DNA from: Shigella phage Sf14 | DNA length: 64,000 nt | Strand: one strand, 5' to 3' | Sequence record: MF327003 | In this document: in pieces, positions 59,943 to 64,000 of the stretch | Position numbering within the stretch: the first letter of the stretch is position 1 | Layout: each line of letters starts with the position of its first letter | The notes under the pieces: model-generated | What the model saw: the letters and a program-made list of their open reading frames with translations, nothing else | Told to the model about the DNA's origin: nothing | Database searches by the model: none | Position numbers and translations under genes: made by a program

Positions 59943-60159
59943 AATGTTTAATAAAATCAAAAATGACCATGTTTCTAAAATCCAGAGTGGCGTAGCAGCA
60001 CTGAAGGAAACTATCAGTAAAGCTAAGTCAGCTACAGAATCCGAGATGGATGCTCTGGAATCACAAATTCAACATCTGTTAAGCAAACGTGTTGAACTCA
60101 AAGAACGAATGGACTATATTGAGTCTCAACAAAAGTTGTTTGAAGATAAGGAGGCTTAA
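59929..60159 (+). CDS. hypothetical coiled-coil protein (76 aa)
   Basis: ORF track. Confidence 0.45.
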   Translation: MREFKMFNKIKNDHVSKIQSGVAALKETISKAKSATESEMDALESQIQHLLSKRVELKERMDYIESQQKLFEDKEA

Positions 60160-60914
60160 TGTTTAATTCCAGAGAATCCGTAAGAAATTGGAATCTACGT
60201 TGTGGCAATAATCCAAAAGAACCATATAGCACAGAGTATTGGGAATCACTGAAAAGGCAGTCTCTGTGTATGCTTGAAGAAGCTAGAGAGCTAGTTGCAG
60301 CAGTAGAAGCCAAAGACCCTGTTGAGACCCTTGATGCTCAAGCTGATTTGCAGTATGTACTTGACGGTTTAATTTTCCTGACACAACATGACCATGATGG
60401 TGCTATCAAGGCTGTTTGTGAAAACAACAACCTCAAATACACAGACGACTATCAAGAAGCTCTACAGCGAATGTTTGATATTGAGAAACGTACTGGTGAT
60501 GAATGTTACCTGCGTCAATCAATTATTGAAGGTAAAGAGTGGTTTGCGATTATTCGCAAGTCTGATGGTAAGATTATGAAACAGTCTAATCTTCCAAAAG
60601 TTCAACTTGAAAGTTTTATTGCAGAAGTTGACGCAAAAGAATTATTTGTGGTAACATCTGACACATGCGTTATCTGCCAAGGACTGATTGGAAGTCTTGG
60701 TAGTCTTGGCATTAAAAACTTTTCTAAAGTTGAACCAATCTCTTCAAAAGCAGATAAAGACTTCTGCCGTGAGAATGGATTATGGCTTGCGGATATTGTG
60801 TACTATGATGGTGAGAAGTTCCATGTAACCTCATATCCGAAATTGAATTATGATGCAATCAACCTCAAGCAGTGGTTGAAAGGAGTCGGTTATAATGGAT
60901 TCACAGAACATTAA
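60159..60914 (+). CDS. MazG-like NTP pyrophosphohydrolase fused to glutaredoxin/NrdC-like domain (candidate)
   Basis: N-terminal EEARELVAAVE..D..DLQYVLDGL pattern; C-terminal FVVTSDTCVICQ with CxxC. Confidence 0.5.
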   Translation: MFNSRESVRNWNLRCGNNPKEPYSTEYWESLKRQSLCMLEEARELVAAVEAKDPVETLDAQADLQYVLDGLIFLTQHDHDGAIKAVCENNNLKYTDDYQEALQRMFDIEKRTGDECYLRQSIIEGKEWFAIIRKSDGKIMKQSNLPKVQLESFIAEVDAKELFVVTSDTCVICQGLIGSLGSLGIKNFSKVEPISSKADKDFCRENGLWLADIVYYDGEKFHVTSYPKLNYDAINLKQWLKGVGYNGFTEH

Positions 60915-61221
60915 TAAAGGTGAAGAAGTGGTGGCAAAAAGCCACTTCTCCAACTACAACCTCTCTATGACAGTGTTTATGAATGATTCACTGTTAGACA
61001 AGTACGGAGAGAAGCCAGAAACGATTCTGGATAATGAACAAGTATTAGCAGCAGTGTTGTATAAGTATGGCTTAAATATTGATAAACCGTACTCTTACGA
61101 GATTTGCCAGCACAGAAATACTTTTGGTAAAGTTGTTGTAGCCCCCCTGTTCATGGGTGTAGAGCGCACAGATGACCAGTGGATTTACTTGAAACGAAAC
61201 TTGGATAGATATCATGTCTAA
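60895..61221 (+). CDS. hypothetical protein (108 aa)
   Basis: ORF track. Confidence 0.45.
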   Translation: MDSQNINKGEEVVAKSHFSNYNLSMTVFMNDSLLDKYGEKPETILDNEQVLAAVLYKYGLNIDKPYSYEICQHRNTFGKVVVAPLFMGVERTDDQWIYLKRNLDRYHV

Positions 61222-61549
61222 AATTAAAAAGTTAACTAAAGAAGAAATCAAAGCTGGTGAAGAACTAGGCAATGATAAGTTTGGTGAGACATTACATCAT
61301 GGTGACTTTGTAATGTACACTGAAGATTGCAAAGGTCGCAGCGATATCAAATTTGGACGAGTTGTCTGCAAAGTACGTGGTAACTTTTCAATTGCAAGAC
61401 TTGAAGAAGATATTAGTGAGAAACTTGACATGGCATTCGATGAAGGTAAACGTTACTGGTATATGAATACAATGTCTAAAGGTTCACTAACAAAAGTGTC
61501 GCAGAAGTTCATTGAACTCTGGGAAAGTAAAAAGATTTTTAGCATTTAA
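61214..61549 (+). CDS. hypothetical protein (111 aa)
   Basis: ORF track. Confidence 0.45.
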   Translation: MSKIKKLTKEEIKAGEELGNDKFGETLHHGDFVMYTEDCKGRSDIKFGRVVCKVRGNFSIARLEEDISEKLDMAFDEGKRYWYMNTMSKGSLTKVSQKFIELWESKKIFSI

Positions 61550-61556
61550 TCTCTAA

Positions 61557-61580
61557 GGGGTCTCTTCGGAGACCCTTTTT
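61557..61580 (+). terminator. intrinsic terminator GGGGTCTC-TTCG-GAGACCC + T5
   Basis: 8-bp stem with tetraloop and TTTTT. Confidence 0.75.
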
Positions 61581-61600
61581 CACCTGTAGGATTTAATATA

Positions 61601-63835
61601 ATGATTACTACTATTCGCAAATCAGACGGTACAATCGTACCATTCGAACCAGAGCGTTTAAATAAATGGGCTTCATGGGCTGACAAGAGAGGAATTATCT
61701 GGTCAGAGGTTGTCATGGAAGCTATGAAGCGTGTCTATGAAGGTTGTACAACAAAAGAAATGCACCAAGCTATGATTGACGTTTGTATTGATAAGCAAAC
61801 TCAAGAGTACTCTGATATGGCTGGGAGACTACTTCTTGGCATTATCTACAAAGAAGCTTTTGGTGGATTTACAAAGGTTCCTCAGTTACTTCCATTTGTG
61901 ATGAAGATGGAGCAGATGGGGCTTTGGGAACATATGGATTACACACCTGAAGAGATTGACTACTTACAAGGTCACATCGTACATTCAAAAGATATCTCTT
62001 ATGGGTATGCAGTACTGAAGCAGTTCCGTGATAAGTATGGAATCCGTGACATTAAAAGTGGTAAGCTGTTTGAGTCTCCACAGTTTATGTTCATGGGTAT
62101 GGCTATGAAAGCCTTTGAAAGACAGCCTAAACAGCGTCGTTTAGATGATGTTATTAAGCTCTACACATATCTATCTGACCTGAAGATTAATGCCCCTACA
62201 CCGTATCTGAATGGTCTGAGAGCTACAAAATCTGGCTATGCTTCATGCTGCCTAATTAAAGCAAACGATACTGCTGAATCTCTTGGCATTGCTACAAAAG
62301 TAGCTTATGACATGACCACTAAGCAAGCAGGTATTGGTATGCTGATGGAGACCAGAACAATTGGTGATGGAATCCGACAAAACACTATTGAGCATATGGG
62401 AAAACTCCCTTATTATAAGCTTGTACGTGCTGCTGTAGAGGCTAATAAGCAGAAGAGTCGTGGTGGTTCAGCTAATAACTTCTTCACTGCATTAGACCCA
62501 CAGATTGAGGATTTGCTACGCTTGAAGCACCCTACAACGGTTCCTGCAAAGCGTATTAATGAAATGGATTACTCATTTGGTGCAAATGATTACTTCTGGC
62601 AATGTGTACAGTACGATACAGATTGGTTGCTATTCTCTTACAAAGATGCACCAAGACTGTATGACATGTTCTACACAGCAAGTGCTGATGAATTTGCTAT
62701 GGCAGTAGGTCACGCAGTTCATACAGGTGTTAAACATAAACGTGTAAAGGCTCGTGAAGTTGCCAAGTTGTTTATTCAACAACGTTATGCTACAGGACGT
62801 GTTTACCCGTTCTTTACTAACAACGCAAACTATCATACACCTTTCAAAGAGCCTTTGAAAATGTCAAACCTGTGTATGGAGATTGTCTTACCAGTTCATG
62901 GTTTTGAGGATGAAAGAGACCTGTATAGCTACACAGCCAAGAAAGAAGACGGTGAAGTTGCTCTTTGCTTCCTAGCTAGTTTGGTTGCAGGGAGAATCAC
63001 AGAAGATGAATACGCTGACGTTGCTTATTATGCTCTTGCAATGGTTGACTCCGTTATTGACCTTATGGATTATCCGTATCCGTCAATGCGTAACCATGTT
63101 CAGAAACGTCGTTCTGTTGGTATTGGTCTTACTAATGTGGCCCATTACCTTGCGAAGAACTATGTGAACTACTCATCAAGGGCTGGTAAAACTAAACTTC
63201 ATGAGTTGGCTGAGATGCACTCTTACTTCTTGCATGAAGCATCTTTAAGACTCGCAAAAGAGCGTGGTGTACCAGAGTACATGCAGTTTACTAAGTACCC
63301 TGACGGTTGGGTTCCACCAAAGACTGCTAACAAGAAAATTGATGAAAAGCACGATGCAAAACTTCGTTATGATTGGGATGACCTGTCACAGCGAATCAAG
63401 GAAAATGGAGGTATCCGTAACTCTGTGTTAGAGGCTTACATGCCTAATGAGAGTTCTTCTCTGGCAACTAACACGACAAACGGCCTATACCCTATTCGTG
63501 ACTTCATCTTAACTAAGAAGTCTGCAACTGGTAACGTTCTGTTTATTGTACCTGATTATGAAGAGTTGAAGTATGTATATGAAATTGCTTGGGATATTGA
63601 CACATTTGATATGATTGATTGCTATGCAATTGTTCAAAAATTCACTGGTCAAGCTATCTCTTCAGATTTCTATGTTGACTACTCGAAGTCTAAGAAGGTA
63701 TCATTAGAGCAAGCTTTGAAGTACATGATTTATGCAAACCTTGTTGGTTTGAAAACTATGTACTACCTGAACAGCCGTATCGGTGTTGGTAAATCAGCAC
63801 TACAAGATGCCTACTGTGAGGGTTGCGGCGTTTAG
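61601..63835 (+). CDS. nrdA: ribonucleotide reductase class I large subunit
   Basis: active-site SNLCMEIVLP, C-terminal CEGCG cysteine pair, 744 aa. Confidence 0.9.
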   Translation: MITTIRKSDGTIVPFEPERLNKWASWADKRGIIWSEVVMEAMKRVYEGCTTKEMHQAMIDVCIDKQTQEYSDMAGRLLLGIIYKEAFGGFTKVPQLLPFVMKMEQMGLWEHMDYTPEEIDYLQGHIVHSKDISYGYAVLKQFRDKYGIRDIKSGKLFESPQFMFMGMAMKAFERQPKQRRLDDVIKLYTYLSDLKINAPTPYLNGLRATKSGYASCCLIKANDTAESLGIATKVAYDMTTKQAGIGMLMETRTIGDGIRQNTIEHMGKLPYYKLVRAAVEANKQKSRGGSANNFFTALDPQIEDLLRLKHPTTVPAKRINEMDYSFGANDYFWQCVQYDTDWLLFSYKDAPRLYDMFYTASADEFAMAVGHAVHTGVKHKRVKAREVAKLFIQQRYATGRVYPFFTNNANYHTPFKEPLKMSNLCMEIVLPVHGFEDERDLYSYTAKKEDGEVALCFLASLVAGRITEDEYADVAYYALAMVDSVIDLMDYPYPSMRNHVQKRRSVGIGLTNVAHYLAKNYVNYSSRAGKTKLHELAEMHSYFLHEASLRLAKERGVPEYMQFTKYPDGWVPPKTANKKIDEKHDAKLRYDWDDLSQRIKENGGIRNSVLEAYMPNESSSLATNTTNGLYPIRDFILTKKSATGNVLFIVPDYEELKYVYEIAWDIDTFDMIDCYAIVQKFTGQAISSDFYVDYSKSKKVSLEQALKYMIYANLVGLKTMYYLNSRIGVGKSALQDAYCEGCGV

Positions 63836-63848
63836 TTTGAATAACTAT

Positions 63849-63868
63849 GAGGGTCGTAAAAGACCCTC
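63849..63868 (+). other. intergenic stem-loop GAGGGTC-GTAAAA-GACCCTC
   Basis: perfect 7-bp stem, no U tract. Confidence 0.5.
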
Positions 63869-63890
63869 TAAAATTAACTTGGAGAAAGGT

Positions 63891-64000
63891 ATGCTAGATT
63901 TAATTCGCAATGCGAGAATACGTAGTAAAGATAACTCACTATATTTATTTTATATTCCAAGACGGTCTTTGTATTATATTGCAGACTTAGACTTAAAAGT
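63891..64000 (+). CDS. partial ORF running off window end
   Basis: GGAGAAAGG then ATG 63891; open to window end. Confidence 0.3.
   Translation, partial: MLDLIRNARIRSKDNSLYLFYIPRRSLYYIADLDLK

Overview
This window looks like part of a large virulent tailed-phage genome (about 39-40% GC; contractile-tail gene set by gene order and sizes). From left to right it contains: a rightward block of small genes each preceded by a repeated hairpin plus CCTAAACTGGAGAATC cassette; a 1.5 kb repeat-dense non-coding region bounded by convergent terminators; a leftward block of about 18 mostly uncharacterised genes including a T4-type endolysin and an Ig-like-repeat protein; a rightward unit with a vWA/MIDAS protein followed by a roughly 4.6 kb island of about 27 tRNA genes covering all 20 amino acids, interleaved with non-tRNA structured repeats; the morphogenesis module (large terminase, portal, S49-type prohead protease, capsid, tail tube/sheath candidates, chaperone with a -1 frameshift site, tape measure, baseplate, two fibers); and a replication and nucleotide-metabolism module (thyA, DHFR, ATP ligase, T7-like family A DNA polymerase, dNMP kinase, gp4-like primase-helicase, SSB-like, 5'-3' exonuclease, two homing endonucleases, MazG-glutaredoxin fusion, nrdA). 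The most interesting candidate system is the vWA protein with a possibly TROVE-like (Ro60-like) N-domain sitting at the head of the tRNA island, together with the repeated structured RNA-like elements that show compensatory stem changes. All coordinates and calls were made by eye from the sequence and ORF track; tRNA boundaries and anticodons are hand-folded and may be off by a few nucleotides.
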